NCBI GenBank assembly: GCA_951406725.2
Contig: OX597816.1
Coordinates: 60,016,001-60,080,000, forward strand
DNA: 64,000 bases
Direction of reading: 5' to 3'
DNA from: Octopus vulgaris
Lineage: Eukaryota
Each line of letters opens with the position of its first letter. Position 1 is the first letter of the stretch. Below are positions 12,448 to 25,860 of this stretch, piece by piece. The notes under the pieces were generated by a model that had not been told where the DNA came from, ran no database searches, and worked only from the letters and a program-made list of their open reading frames with translations. Position numbers and translations under genes: made by a program.

Positions 12448-13709
12448 TTTCATCACTGACCATCTTATCTTTTACCTAAGCATAATACACATTATCCTAT
12501 ATTACATTTTTTAAGATGGTAGAGTTGATATGAGAAAGTTTTTAAAGGATTTAATACTTAACACCTGACCTCTAAGATACAGTAGAGGTCAAGTGACCAT
12601 GTATCTTAGCAGTCAAGTGACCATGTAGAAGCTTCCTCATTAGCTTGTTAACCCTGTCTATGTCACTGTTTAGCCCGAGATCAGATAAGTTCTACGATCA
12701 AAGCATTTCAAATATGAAAATTCTGCCTTTTCTTTATATGCACAAAACCAGGACCACATTATCCAAGTATCCTTTAAAATACTAATGTTGGAGTTGAGGG
12801 AAATTTTGCAACTATTTCTAGCAGCTCAAGCGAACACATACTGGCTCAATTATTGGGTTATAGGCATTATTATTGTTAAGGTGGCAAGCTAGCAGAATTG
12901 TTAGCATGTTAAACGAAATGCTTAGCAGTATTTTATCTGCTGCTATTTACTGAGTTCTAATTCTGCCGAGGTTGACTTTGCCTTTCATCGTTTTGGGGTC
13001 GATAAATTAAGTACCAGTGATACACTGGTGTCAATTAAATCAATTAGTCTCCTCCCCAAGAATTCCAAGCCTTGTACCTATAGTAGAAAAGATTATTATT
13101 AGTATTATTATTAAGGTGGCGAGCTGGCAGAATCATTATCACTCTAGGCAAAAAATGTTTAGCAGAATTTCATTTGTCTTTACGTTCCAAGTTCAAATTT
13201 TGCTGAGGTTGGCTTTGCCTTCCCCACGAATTTCAGGCCATGTGCCTATAGTAGAAAGGGATATAACTAAGAGTTTTCCATTAAGATTTGTGATTGATTT
13301 AATGAGTAAGGTCAATATTTATAATGAATTTGCTATTTTCAACAAGTGAGCAGTGCACACCAATCACACTCGGAATATAGGCCACCCTAATAGGTACTCA
13401 CTTCGACCAGCATATGAGAGTCAATGACAATATAGATGAGCTGGCCACATCGAGTGACTGAAGAATGATAGATGGACAGAGATATGGAAGAGATCAGGGA
13501 CAAGATCAAGAAGTCAATCAAAGACAAGATAGTTTTTGTTACTTAGATGATCTAATTAATGCTGAAGACTACATGAGAACCTATAAACAGCTGTTCATTA
13601 GCTACAATTTAATAAACAGGAAGAACACATTGGATAATGTAGTACTGGATACATACAAAACAAGAAAAACAAAACAAAAAGAAAGGATGGTCGTGGCTGT
13701 GATATCTTT

Positions 13710-14015
13710 AGTCATGTGGCCGATGCCAGCGCCGCCTCGACTGGCTTCTGTGCCGGTGGCACGTAATATGCACCAATCCGACTGTGGCTGTTGCCAGCCT
13801 CGCCTGGCACCTGTGCAGGTGGCACGTAAAAAGCACCCACTACACTCACGGAGTGGTTGGCATTAGGAAGGGCATCCAGCTGTAGAAACATTGCCAGATA
13901 AGACTGGAGCCTGGTGCAGCCTTCTGGCTTCCCAGATCCCCGGTCGAACTGTCCAACCCATGCTAGCATGGAGAACGGACGTTAAACGATGATGATGATG
14001 ATGATGATGATGATG
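13710..14015 (+). mobile_element. RTE-LINE 3' tail fragment with (GAT)n
   Basis: Matches the tail family; ends gttaaacgatgatgatgat. Confidence 0.8.
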
Positions 14016-14682
14016 ATACATCTCTAAGATCAAAGCTGGCCTGGAACTAAGCAACAATTAGTGCTTGAGGTGGTGTTAGTGAAAGTGAAGTAGCGAAAGG
14101 GATGAAGTTCAGGAAGATGTTGCTTTTGTTGACAACAAATGACTTTTTTCTATATGTAGAAGGCAGATTGCATGAAGCATGTTTAAGTATGGTATTAAGA
14201 CGCGGGTCAGTGAATGTTGAAGATCTGAGGAGGCTGGAGAGAAATACTGTAAGACTGATTAGTATGTGTGAAATGTTAACTTATATGAGAAACAGAGAAT
14301 AAGTGAGCTTAGAGGAAGGGTAGGTGCTACCAGCATCAGTTGATGTATGAAGGGAAGATAAATTTCCTAATATAGACAAATAAGAATATATGATAGGTAT
14401 TGGGTGAATAGGTACAAGTGGCATATTGTTGTCATTGGGTGTGCTGCCACATTGACCATACTATGACTAACATTAGTATTACTCAAATTAGGCAATACAA
14501 TCTGTGTATTTCCGATACAGCGCCAGAATATGAGCTCACTTAAGTTTTGCTTCTGACTTCTGAAAGCATATTATTAGTTTTGAAAACAGATTAAGATCAA
14601 AGTTATATGATGATATTGGAAGAAAAAAAATTATTGTAAAATAAATTAATTTTAGTTTAGGAATTTTAAATTAATTTAAGTG

Positions 14683-15045
14683 TAGGCATAGGAATGGCAG
14701 TGTGGTAAGTAGCTTGCTTACGAACCACATGGTTCTGGGTTCAGTCCCACTGTGTGGCACCTTGGGCAAGTGTCTTCTACTATAGCCTCGGGCCAACCAA
14801 AGCCTTGTGAGTGGATTTGGTAGATGGAAACTGAAAGAAACCTGTCGTGTATGTATATATATATATATACATATATATATATGTATGTGTGTCTGTGTTT
14901 ACATCCCCATAATTTAGCAGTTCAGCAAAAGAGACTGATAGAATAAGTACCAGGCTTACAAAGAATAAGTCCTGGGGTTGATTTGCTTGACTACAGGCGG
15001 TGCTCCAGCATGGCCACAGTCAAATAACTGAAACAAGTAAAAGAG
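14683..15045 (+). mobile_element. SINE family A copy
   Basis: Consensus match. Confidence 0.85.
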
Positions 15046-15734
15046 TATAACTTCTCACCAAGAAAACGACCATGTGACTGTGCTGTCAAAGCTGGCACAC
15101 CCTTCACCATTGATTTTTTGCCATTCCCCCATTATCCTATGATGTGTCTGGTACCATATTATGATACAATGCGCTGTGAAGTGTGCAGTGTTATTTCAGG
15201 ACACCTGCTGCCAAATTTCAAGCAGGGATATAACTAAGAGTTTTCCATTAAGATTTATGATTAAATTAATAAGTATGGTTAACATTTATAATGAATTTGC
15301 CATTTTTGACCAGTGAGCAGTGCACACCTGGAATATAGGCCACCCTGATAAGTACTCACTTTAACAGTATATGAGAGTCAATGACAACATAAGGACCATC
15401 AAGGAGAACAAATATAGATGAGCTGGCCACATTGCGTGACTGAAGAATGATAGATGGACAATCAGAGATATCCAGAAGTGGAAGGAGTCCAGGGACGGAT
15501 TCCTCCATCAGGAGTAATGAAGCCCTGACCTGGGTGAAACATGCTGTATACTGTCAATAGAACATACCCCTAGAAACAGCGAAAGAAATAGTGGAATTAT
15601 GTGACTCAGGACTAAGGAGTGATGTGATGCTGAATGACAATAGTACATAGCAATGATAAATACATCCAAGCCATGTGGAAGAGTGATGACAGTGATAGTG
15701 TTGATGATGATACGGAACTTAGTACTTGATACTC

Positions 15735-16117
15735 TCTCTTTTACTCTTTTACTTGTTTCAGTCATTTGACTGTGGCCATGCTGGAGCACCGCCTTTAGTC
15801 AAGCAAATCGACCCCAGGACTTATTCTTTGTAAGCCTAGTACTTATTCTATCGGTGTCTTTTGCCGAACTGCTAAGTTACGGGGACGTAAACACAGTAGC
15901 ATCGGTTGTCAAGCGATGTTGGGGGGGAGAAACATATACACACATATACATATATACGAATGGCTTCTTTCAGTTTCTGTCTACCAAATCTACTCACAAG
16001 GCTTTGGTCAGCCCAAGGCTATAGAAGACACTTGCCAAAGGTGCCACGCAGTGGGACTGAACCCGGAACTATGTGGTTCGTAAGCAAGCTACTTACCACA
16101 CAGTCACTCCTACGCCA
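15735..16117 (-). mobile_element. SINE family A copy
   Basis: Consensus match; inverted relative to the copy at 14683. Confidence 0.85.
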
Positions 16118-16504
16118 ATAGGTATATATTCCAGAATGACTGACTTTGTCGATCACCCCAGAAGAGTGAAAGAAAAAAAAAATTAGTTCTGGCAAAATTC
16201 GAACTCAGAGAATAAAGGTTTGTAAGTAAAACTTGCAATGCATTTTGACCACCAATGTACAGTGATTGAGAATAAATAATGACATTGACTTAATTGCAAG
16301 ACAACAAAATCTTTTGAGGTGGGATGGTTCATAGGTAATCATATCTACTTCAGTACCTGACTGGAATTTTATCAACCTTGCTATTTCCACAAAATGAGAA
16401 GCAATTAAACTATTAAACATTAACTTTCAGAACAATACCTCTCAGAGGTCCAGTCTACCAATCATCTACCCTCACAAAAATACAAGACATCCAACAATGT
16501 ATCA

Positions 16505-16890
16505 CTCTTACTCTTACACTTCTTTCAGTCATTTCACTGCGGCCATGCTGGAGCACCGCATTTTAGTCGAGCAAATCGACCCCAGGACTTATTCTTTGTA
16601 AGCCTAGTACTTATTCTATTGGTCTCTTTTGCTAAACCACTAAGTTACAGGGATGTAAACACACCAGCATCGGTTGTCAAGTGATGTTGGGGGGGGGGGG
16701 GAACACAGACACACAAACATATATATATATATATACATATATACAAAGGGCTTCTTTTCAGTTTTCATCAACCAAATCCACTCACAAGGCTTTGGTCGGC
16801 CCGAGGTTATAATAGAAGACACAGTGGAACTGAACCTAGAACCATGTGGTTGGTAAGCAAGCTACTTACCACACAGCCACTCCTGTGCCT
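16505..16890 (-). mobile_element. SINE family A copy
   Basis: Consensus match. Confidence 0.85.
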
Positions 16891-17113
16891 AAAATTTCTA
16901 ACATAGACACAAAATTACAAATTCACTGGTACACTTATTTTTTGTCCTCGAGAGGACAAATAACAAAACTGTGAGATATAAAACTAGAATGTAAAGATGG
17001 GTAATTAAATATAGCAAACTATTTTGTCCATCAATCTATTCTGTGAATTTGTGAATCATAACACTTAAGAAATAAATAACTTTAAAATAATTATATACCA
17101 CATGTTGTATTTT

Positions 17114-17400
17114 GTGGAGGCACATGGCCTAGTGGTTAGAGCAGCAGACTCGCAGTCGAGGGATAGTGGGTTCGAATCTCAGACCAGGCGATGTGTGTGT
17201 TTATGAGCAAAACACCTAAGCTCCATGCGGCTCCAGCAGAAGGTAATGGCGAACTTCTGCTGACTCTTTCGCCACAACTTTCTCTCACTCTTTCCTCCTG
17301 CATCTTGCAGCTCACCTGCGACGGACCGGCGTCCCATCCAGGTGGGGAACCTATACGCCAAGGAAACCTGGAAACTGGCCCTTATGAGCCAGGCATGGCT
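17114..17400 (+). mobile_element. tRNA-derived SINE family B
   Basis: Head gtggaggcacatggcctagtggttagagcagc...ggttcgaatctc with pol III A/B-box-like motifs; similar copy at 56894. Confidence 0.8.
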
Positions 17401-17586
17401 CACAGTAGATTTGATAGATGTTTCCTCTGCTACCTTTTCTTCCCGTGATTTATCATTTCTTGATTAATTAGCATCCTTCTCCAATGCTGTAGCTATCATC
17501 TGTTAAGAAATCAAGGAAACAACACCAGAGCAACTTCACAAACAACTTAATTCTGAATCATAAAATATTTGTTAAAATCTTTCCAT

Positions 17587-17990
17587 AGGTGAAGGCATGG
17601 CTGTGTGGTAAGAAGCTTGCTTCCCAACCACATGGTTCCAGGTTCAGTCCCACTCATTGGCACCTTGGACAAATGTCTTCTTTGCTAGCCACAGACCAAC
17701 TAAAGCCTTGTGAGTGGACTTGGTAGATGGAAACTAAAAGAAGCCTGTTGTGTATATATATCTATATGTATATATATATATCTGTGTGTGTGTGTCTTTG
17801 TGTCTGTATTTGCCCCCGCCCCCACAATTGCTTGACAACTAATGCTGATGTATTTATGCCCCTTAACTTAGCAGTTCATCAGAAGAAACCAATAGAATAT
17901 GTACTAGGCTTATAAAGAATAAGTCCTGGGTCAATTTCTTTGACTAAAACCTTCAAGATGCCCCAGCATAGTCACAGGTAAAAGAATAAG
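17587..17990 (+). mobile_element. SINE family A, diverged copy
   Basis: Consensus match. Confidence 0.8.
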
Positions 17991-18860
17991 CCAATGAAGA
18001 GAGGATGGGTAGAGCTTATATCATTTTTGGATGCTCTCAGACTACTGATAAATATATACATATATATATATACACACATATACATACACACATATATACA
18101 TACATATATTTATACATACACACACACATATATACATACATTTTAAAACATGTCCAGTAGTGTAGTGGAGGATGTGGGGGCATAGAGGATATGCTTTAAA
18201 TGGGGATGGTACTTTTGGGTCTGCTGTATAAGCCAGTACAAGGGGCAGCAAACTCAAGGGGCCCTACGCCACACACACTCTAAATACACCAATGAATGTA
18301 TCAAATATACATGAAAAGTTAGCAGTAAGGACACTGACTAAATGAAAAACTAAGATTGCCCAGGTGCCTTGCTGGAAAGAGTAGAAAGAAACTGTTACTA
18401 CCTTGTGAAATGATTAGTAAAATTATAAGAGTCCAGTGTGGGAAATGAAATCGAAGTTCAGGGGAGCATGTTTTGCTGGTAACAAAGATTATTCTTTCTG
18501 TATAAAATATATTCTTTTATTATTTTACTTGTTTCAGTCATTTGACTGCAGCCATGCTGGAGCACTGACTTAGAGGGGTTTTTTTTTTTAGTCAAAGTAA
18601 CTGACCCCAGGACTTATTCTGCTGGTCTCTTTTGCTGAACCACTAAGTTATGGGGATGTAAACACACCAGCATTGGTTGTCAAGTGATGGTGGGGGGACA
18701 AACACATACATACATACATATACGACTGTCTTCTTTCAGTTTCCACCTACCAGATCCACTCACAAAGCTTTAGTCAGCCTGTGGCTACAATAGAAGACAC
18801 TTGCCCAAAGCATCATGCAGTGGGACTGAACCTGGAATCATGTATTTCGGAAGCAAGCTT

Positions 18861-20159
18861 TTATTCATTCAATTGGCCACAAGGGCCTTACAAAGAAAGG
18901 AAGCTGCGGGCTGGAAACAGACATAAGAGATGGAATGATTGATGATATGATAATAACGAGGACAACAGCAACACCCATCGATTACTGTTTACCTGAGCAC
19001 ATTGTTCTTTATAAAACATTGAGGCAACCAAAAAACCTCTTACATAATAACACATTAAGGAGGCAATAGACCTCTTACATTTATGGCATACAAAGCCATT
19101 GTGAGGCAATAAACCTCTTACACAAGTCCATTTAGGAATCGATGAAACAATCTTCCTGCCTGACCAGACTTCTCGCCTCAGCTAAACACCTAGACAGCTC
19201 CAAGTGGGACCAATTTAGCATAAATCTGTAGGTATCCCCAGGGAAGGAGTCCCTTATCCTGAACAGGTCGTTCTCCCTCATGACCTTCAGAGCCACCTGC
19301 GAAGGCCAGTCAGGGTCCCCCATGCAGGACAGAATCCCTTCCCTTCAGCCTTTCGTTTTAAGCTTCTTGACAAAGCCCTCTACTGTCCCTTATGGAAGAG
19401 GACCACAAATTCCTCCTCCGTATCACGAGGGGAGGGATGTAAAATTTCCATCTTTGGTGACACAAATCCCACCCAAGATGCTTTAAGACACACCGGCAAT
19501 GATCCATTTTTCTTTTTTTTTACCTTTGAGCCACGGGAGGGTGGAGTTCCTCCGCCTTGTCCAGCAGATCCTCCCTCCCTCCCGCAGCTCTTGGATCCTT
19601 TGGTGGGCAACAATGGTTGCCCACCTTTTGTTTTTTTCCCCTTTTTCGAGGAGGTTTCCACCTCATCAACTTTCTCCTTCTCTCCCGCCAATGAGGGAGT
19701 AGGGGGCGGTATTTTTATCAACTGCTCCAGGATCCTATTTTGGTCCTTAGGGCAGTTCTTTTTGATATAGCCCGGTTCCAGGCATAGGTGACACTTGGAG
19801 GGGGGCATCCTTTCAGCATCACTGGATACCTAGACCCGGCCTTTCTCAAAATATCTGGAAAAACAAGATTTTTGGTTGATTGGGTCCATAGGGTCAAAAC
19901 AGCTTTTGACCCCTCCCAATCAGCCACAGGCAAAATGTTCACATTGAGTAACTTGGTACTGCTGCCACTCAGACTCCAGCAGATAGTATCCTCTATCCAC
20001 TCGAACTCAATTCCGGGTGGCAAACCGCAGACCCAAGCCCTCGTCAACTTCTTCCCACAATAAGTGGGAAGGAACAAAATTTCCTTGCCCTCCAGGGGCT
20101 GGCTTGCAAATTCACAAGCTTCTTCAGGGGATTCAAACAGCAACCACACCGTTGCATAA
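18861..20159 (-). mobile_element. L1/Tx1-like ORF1 (gag-like) non-LTR fragment inserted in a SINE A head
   Basis: Frameshifted ORF1-like frames with a zinc-knuckle-like CHLCLEPGYIKKNC and a Lys-rich tail; 3' end TGAATAAAA; flanked by gaagcaagctt (18850-18860) and gaaacaagctt (20160-20170). The host SINE halves are at 18520-18860 and 20160-20198. Confidence 0.6.
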
Positions 20160-20589
20160 GAAACAAGCTTCTTACCACACAGCCATGCCTGTGCCTGTAT
20201 AAAACACATATTGTATGGCAGGGCAATGTGGAAGTCTTCTACAATAGCTTCAGGTTGATCTAGATCCCATAAAAGAAACAGCTGAATAAAAATTGTGGAG
20301 TTTCATCGGATGGACTGAGCAGTACATTAATCTCTGAGCTAATAATAATTACTCCTCTTTTTATCACCAACATAAAAGCCCTGAAAAAGTGCTAAGGGCT
20401 CTGCCTTTCTTCCTATGATTAAACCATATAAAATCTGGTTGTTGACATAGTTTCATTGCTCCTCAGAAACCGGGATCCAGTTGTGGTTCTTGCACAATAT
20501 AACTGCTCTCTTTCATTAGTGCTACTGTTATTATCAAGGCATTAATATTATGGCAACAAACTGCTTCACTGCAAACTTTTGAAATGATA

Positions 20590-21165
20590 ATAATAATAGT
20601 AATAATAATGATAATAAATGCCCTGATGCAATACCAGGCAGTGGCTCTCATGGCTTCTGATCTTAACTGACTGGAAGTGTTATCTTGTACATTATTTTGT
20701 CTTGGTACAAAAGAAGGGCTACAGCAAATATTCTGCTCAATACCACGGATTTGCTTGTCAGTTGTTTGACCATAACTAGTTGAGTATGTCTCTTAATAGC
20801 TGACAATATGTGCATCTCTGATCACGAGCAGTAGTTGGGGAGCATCATAGCCATGTGTTGAGAGGGATTCTTTGGGGTTTGAATAATTCACCTCTGGAAA
20901 CATCCTTAAACAACCCTATTCAACAACCTTATTCATGGACCTTTTGGGCGGAATGGGCTACTCGACCAGAAGAAATTTTCAACTGGGCCCCACCTGCAAG
21001 GTCATGTGCTGTTTATCTTGATATGAGATCACCATATCGCGCACATATGCTTGTAATGCATGCGCCTAGTGTACCCTTATCAGACGCGTAGTCATGATGG
21101 GTATACTGGGCTTCGTATATTTTACCCCAGTGTCATTTTGATGGCATGCACTGCTCTCTCACTTT
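20590..21165 (+). mobile_element. ~570-bp interspersed repeat (retroposon-like, (AAT)n-associated)
   Basis: Second copy at 30200-30790; both begin aataaatgccctgatgcaatacc and end ctgctctctcact. Confidence 0.7.
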
Positions 21166-24100
21166 GATATATTTGACAAATGTCCATTTTCAATGTAATG
21201 ATTTTTTGGCATTGATGGTGGGTCATCGACAAAACATTTGATTCTCAATACTTAACTAGTAATTTTTTCTTATCAACTCAAGGAAGATGAAATGCAAGGC
21301 TGACATTGGAGTACAAAGGGACATAACTATATATTGTCAGTCATCTTGGTTCATTGACTTGACTGATTCTGAGTTGGCATTGAGTAATCAAGTTAATAGA
21401 AGTGAATAAAGAAAAAAATGCAGTGTTAATAAAACTAAACTTTATCTCAGAACAGTTAGCTACAAAACAAGTTGCATAGTTAACAGCATATTTCAGTTTT
21501 ATAAGAATAACATACAACTGAGTCAGAAATATATATGAGCTCATATAACAATCAAGGAATGTTTAAATAATGAAAAGTTACGTAAAATATCCTCTTTGTT
21601 CAACAAGAAAAACATTATCTCTAAAAATTTACCACAATAGGCAGAAAGAAACTTAGTTTAGGACATGTCATGTTCCTTACAAACACACAAATTTACGTAG
21701 ATAAATCTCAGACGATCAAAGTATTTACAATCATTGCTAATCAAAATGACTATGTTGACAAAACTCCCTTTTGATACCAATCTGCCGGTGTTCCTGGTCA
21801 GATAAAAAAAAATTTTCTATTTCAAAGTGATCTAAACAAAATCTCGTGTTAGTGCGGGCACCAAACAGCAGCTTAATAATGACAAAGTTATGTTACGCAA
21901 TCCATTATTTTAAAAAGTTATTGAAAAAAAAAAGGTTAAGTATTTCAATAAAAGTATGGTATCAAAAGGGTTACATAAAACTGAATGTTGTTGTTGTTTA
22001 GCCCCAGGACAGACCTGACTGAACAGATTTATGATCAAAGGCATTCCTGCAGTGATCATGTCCCTTTTTTTGCATAAATTCCTTACCCAAAACATCCTGC
22101 ATTTTTCTTTATGACAATAGGGTGTGATTCAGGGAGGAAATTTGGCTACTGTTTTTAAAGATGGGCTTGATAAAATTGATTGACATCGATACAAACCTCA
22201 GATTTATAGGGAGTGGGTGAGTAATATTGTGTTATGATATTCAAACCTTTAGTAATATTTACTTTTTTTTATAGCAAATAGTCTCATAGGAGAGGGGAAG
22301 TACCAAGACCTTTCTAGTTCTTCTCTGACATCTTCAGGAAACATGTTGGCTGCCAGGATACAGTGAGTGTTAGTCCGGTTCAAATGCTTACAAAAGAGTG
22401 AGAGTGAACCTCATTAAAGGTACACAAAGACCAAATGGTGGTTTTAGGCCTTCCGGTGAAGGAAGAAAACTTGGAGATTCTAATCTGAATACTTGAAACA
22501 CAGTTAACTTTGCTGAAGGCATATAAAGACCAAGTGGTAGTGGTGTTACTGAAGGGAGAAAACTGGAGGTCTGCTCCAAGTGTTTACAAGAGAGTGAATC
22601 TTGTTAGAGGCACCCACTGAAAGACCAGGTGGAAGTGTTAGTTTGGGAAACATGTGACAATATCAACAACTAGGCTCATGGATTTAGCAGAGCAGAAAAC
22701 TAATGAAACCTAGGTTTATATATTATTGACAATGGATCAGTATTTAGAAGGATATCATGACTGCTATGATGATATAGTTAGTCACAAGTTGTGAGAGATC
22801 GAGAATTATATCGACCATTATTAAGGTGGCAACAGGATGGTGAGCGGACACAATCGTTAGCATGCTGGACGAAATGCTTAGCAGTATTTTGCCCATCACT
22901 ATGTTCTGTGTTAAAATTCTGCCAAGGTCAACCTTGCCTTTCACAGTCAATAAATTAAATAACAGTGAATCAGTGGGGTCGAAGCAAACCAATAGTTCCC
23001 CCCTCAAAATTTCAAGCCTTGTGCTTTCAGTAGAAAGGATTATTAAGGTGGCAAGCTGGTAGAATTGCTACTGTGCCAGACAAAATTCTTAGCAGTATTT
23101 CTTCCGGCTCTTTTTCTCTGAATGCAAATACTACCAAAGTTGATTGCCTTTCATCATTTGGGGGTAAAAAAGTACTAGTAGAGCACTGGGGGAGTCAATG
23201 TAATTGACATCCTGCACTCCATAATAAAATTTCTGATGCTGTACCAAAATTAGAAAGAATTATTATTTGTATATCAAAACATTTTAAATAATCCAAACAA
23301 GGGAAATCCCATAATGGTTTAGCCAGCAGGTAACTCATGGTTTAGGCTGACCACTCTGTTATAGCACAACAAACACATAAGTGTCTTTGGCACATCAGAA
23401 AAATAGTTATTCTTTTACTTATATTGGTTTTAGTGATTGGACTGTATCTAGGCTGGGGCCCTACCTTCAAGTCGATTATGATATCAACCCAGAGCTTTCG
23501 CTAGTGTTTCCTCTATCATTCTCATAAAATATGAAATGTAAAGTAGGCAATGTAATAATGGTAATTAACAATTGTCACAAGATATTTCAGTGAGTATGTA
23601 CCAGTTTGCTCCCAATGTTGATATAACCACATACAACAGTCTTCCACACTTTCCTTCTACCAAATTCTACCATTGACAAACACAAGGCTAAGAAAGAAAA
23701 CACTTGCCCTAAGTGCCATGTGATGAGATTGAACCCAACACCTTGTAGTTGCAAAGTTAACTTCTTAACCATAGTCATACTTATTTCCATTCTGCAGAAA
23801 ATATCTTGGTATTTGAATTAAATAATTCCACATAGAATTTCACTTCCATAAATATTTACATACTTTTTTTCTTCTTTTGACTTCAGTAAATACTATTGAC
23901 AGTGTTGTTGTTTAGCCTGAGCTCAGATCAACCTTGACTGAGCAGTCATGATTAGAAGCACTCCAGCCATGATTATTCCATGATTTGGTATATTTAAGTA
24001 CTACATCGTCAAAAATATGCTTTCTCTTTTTAAAATGCTTGGGTGTAATTTGGCTGCTTTTTCTAACAGGTCAGGTGACCACACAGAGGTTCATTGTTGC

Positions 24101-24698
24101 TGCCGGTACTATTGCAACACCAAATAGCAACTTATAAGTGTCTTTTCTGTAACAAGTTATCTAATTCATTTTTCTTTGGAAGTAGTTAATTTTAATATGG
24201 AAATAAAAAAATGCAAGAAATTTCAACATTATCAATAAATACCCAACAAATATATTAACTATAAGCAACAACATAAGATGTGAAGATAACTGCCAAGGCA
24301 CAATTGTTTAGAGAAAGAAAATAGATTTTTTTTTAACAAAACAACACTAAAATCAGTTATAAAATATATATTTAACTTAGAATGGAAAAAGATTTTTTTA
24401 ATATTAAGTCAAATCATTTTCCTAAGGAAAAATAAGTAATAACATTTATCTTGAATAAATAATCTATAAAGTTAATAAGTCTAATTGACGTTAAGATTAG
24501 ATTTATATAAGAAATAGGATTTATTTAAAAGCTTTAGGAGGCATTGACTGATTTAAGAGGGTCATTGTGGTAGTTGGCTGGGATTTGTAGGTGTAGGAGA
24601 TGTAATTGTTGAAAATGTTTTTATGTAAGAGAGGAATTTCAGAAAAGACAATTCCTTTTTCAGCAGAATGAAAGGTAAACTGAATATTAAGAATGAGT

Positions 24699-24927
24699 TT
24701 AACCCTTTAGCATTCAGACTACTCTGTCAAACGTCATGTTTATTGATTCACATTGTTTTGAATAATCATGCATTACCTTGTAGCTTCATGATTCTGAGGA
24801 TGAGATTGTTTATTTTTAGAATGATATTGTGTAGGGTAGGTGTGAGAGGCTGGATCTGACCTGTCTGAACATAAAACAGGTAGAATATTTTGGCCTGATA
24901 TGACCAGTTTACATGCTAAAGGATTAA
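24699..24927. mobile_element. piggyBac-like MITE
   Basis: ttaaccctttagcat ... atgctaaaggattaa. Confidence 0.7.
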
Positions 24928-25554
24928 GGTAATGAGAAACAGATGGTGTGTAAAGCAAAGAAAAAAAAATAGCAGTACGAGATCCAGCCCCAATTTTGTC
25001 CTTTAACTAATAATGATATCTTTGGCACAAATCCACAAATTTGTAGGCAACTGGGAAAATAATGAATTAAACTGAAGCCCCAGCTATTTGTCTGGTACTT
25101 GTTTATATAAGACTCGAGGTGAAAGGTAAAAATCAAATCTAATTCTGATAGGATTTGAACTCAGATGTAACTTCTCATAACTATTGATGCAATACAGAAT
25201 TATTTCAAATCCTCAACCTTCAGCCTGCTAATGTGTCTTTTTCCTTTTTCTTTTGTTTTTTTTCTTGTAGCAAAAATACATTTTGAAGCCTAGTTGTGAA
25301 AACACCTACAAATTATTAAGAGCAGCAATGTATTTGGTATTGTTGCTGTCCCTTTCTCACCCAGTACACCTAATACTACAGACTGTCAGAAGCAAAACAA
25401 CTCCTTGATAGAAAATATAATATATACATAAATTTGACCTATATATTGTTGTATAGTTAAACAGCCATCGGCAACAAAGATTGTGATTTGGTATTTCTGT
25501 GTTGAGAATAACTGGCTGATTAAAACATTTCTCAGTATGGCACCGCAATGATGA

Positions 25555-25835
25555 ACCGACCAGGCTATCAGATATTGCTACACATCGCTGGTCACAATGC
25601 GCTTCGCATTGTTTTAGCCTTCAAATGACGCCACCCTGCTGGCTAAGCGAGCAGGCCAACTGAAGTAAGAGTGAGAGAAATTTGTGGCGAAAGAGTACAG
25701 CAGGGGTCGCCACCACCCCCTTCCACAGCCTTGTGGAGCTTTAGGTGTTTTTGCTCAATAAACACTCACAACGCCCGGTCTGGGAATCGAAACCGCAAGT
25801 CCACTGCCCTATCCACTGGGCCATTGCGCCTCCAC
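25555..25835 (-). mobile_element. SINE family B inserted just 3' of the zinc-finger stop codon
   Basis: Head on minus reads gtggaggcgcaatggcccagtgg; flanked by a ~113-bp direct duplication. Confidence 0.8.
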
Positions 25836-25860
25836 ATATTGTTGAATAGTTAAACAGCCA

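Noticed and set aside
17114-17190. Functional tRNA gene
   Set aside because: The tRNA-like A/B boxes continue into a SINE body present in several copies; no complete cloverleaf could be confirmed.
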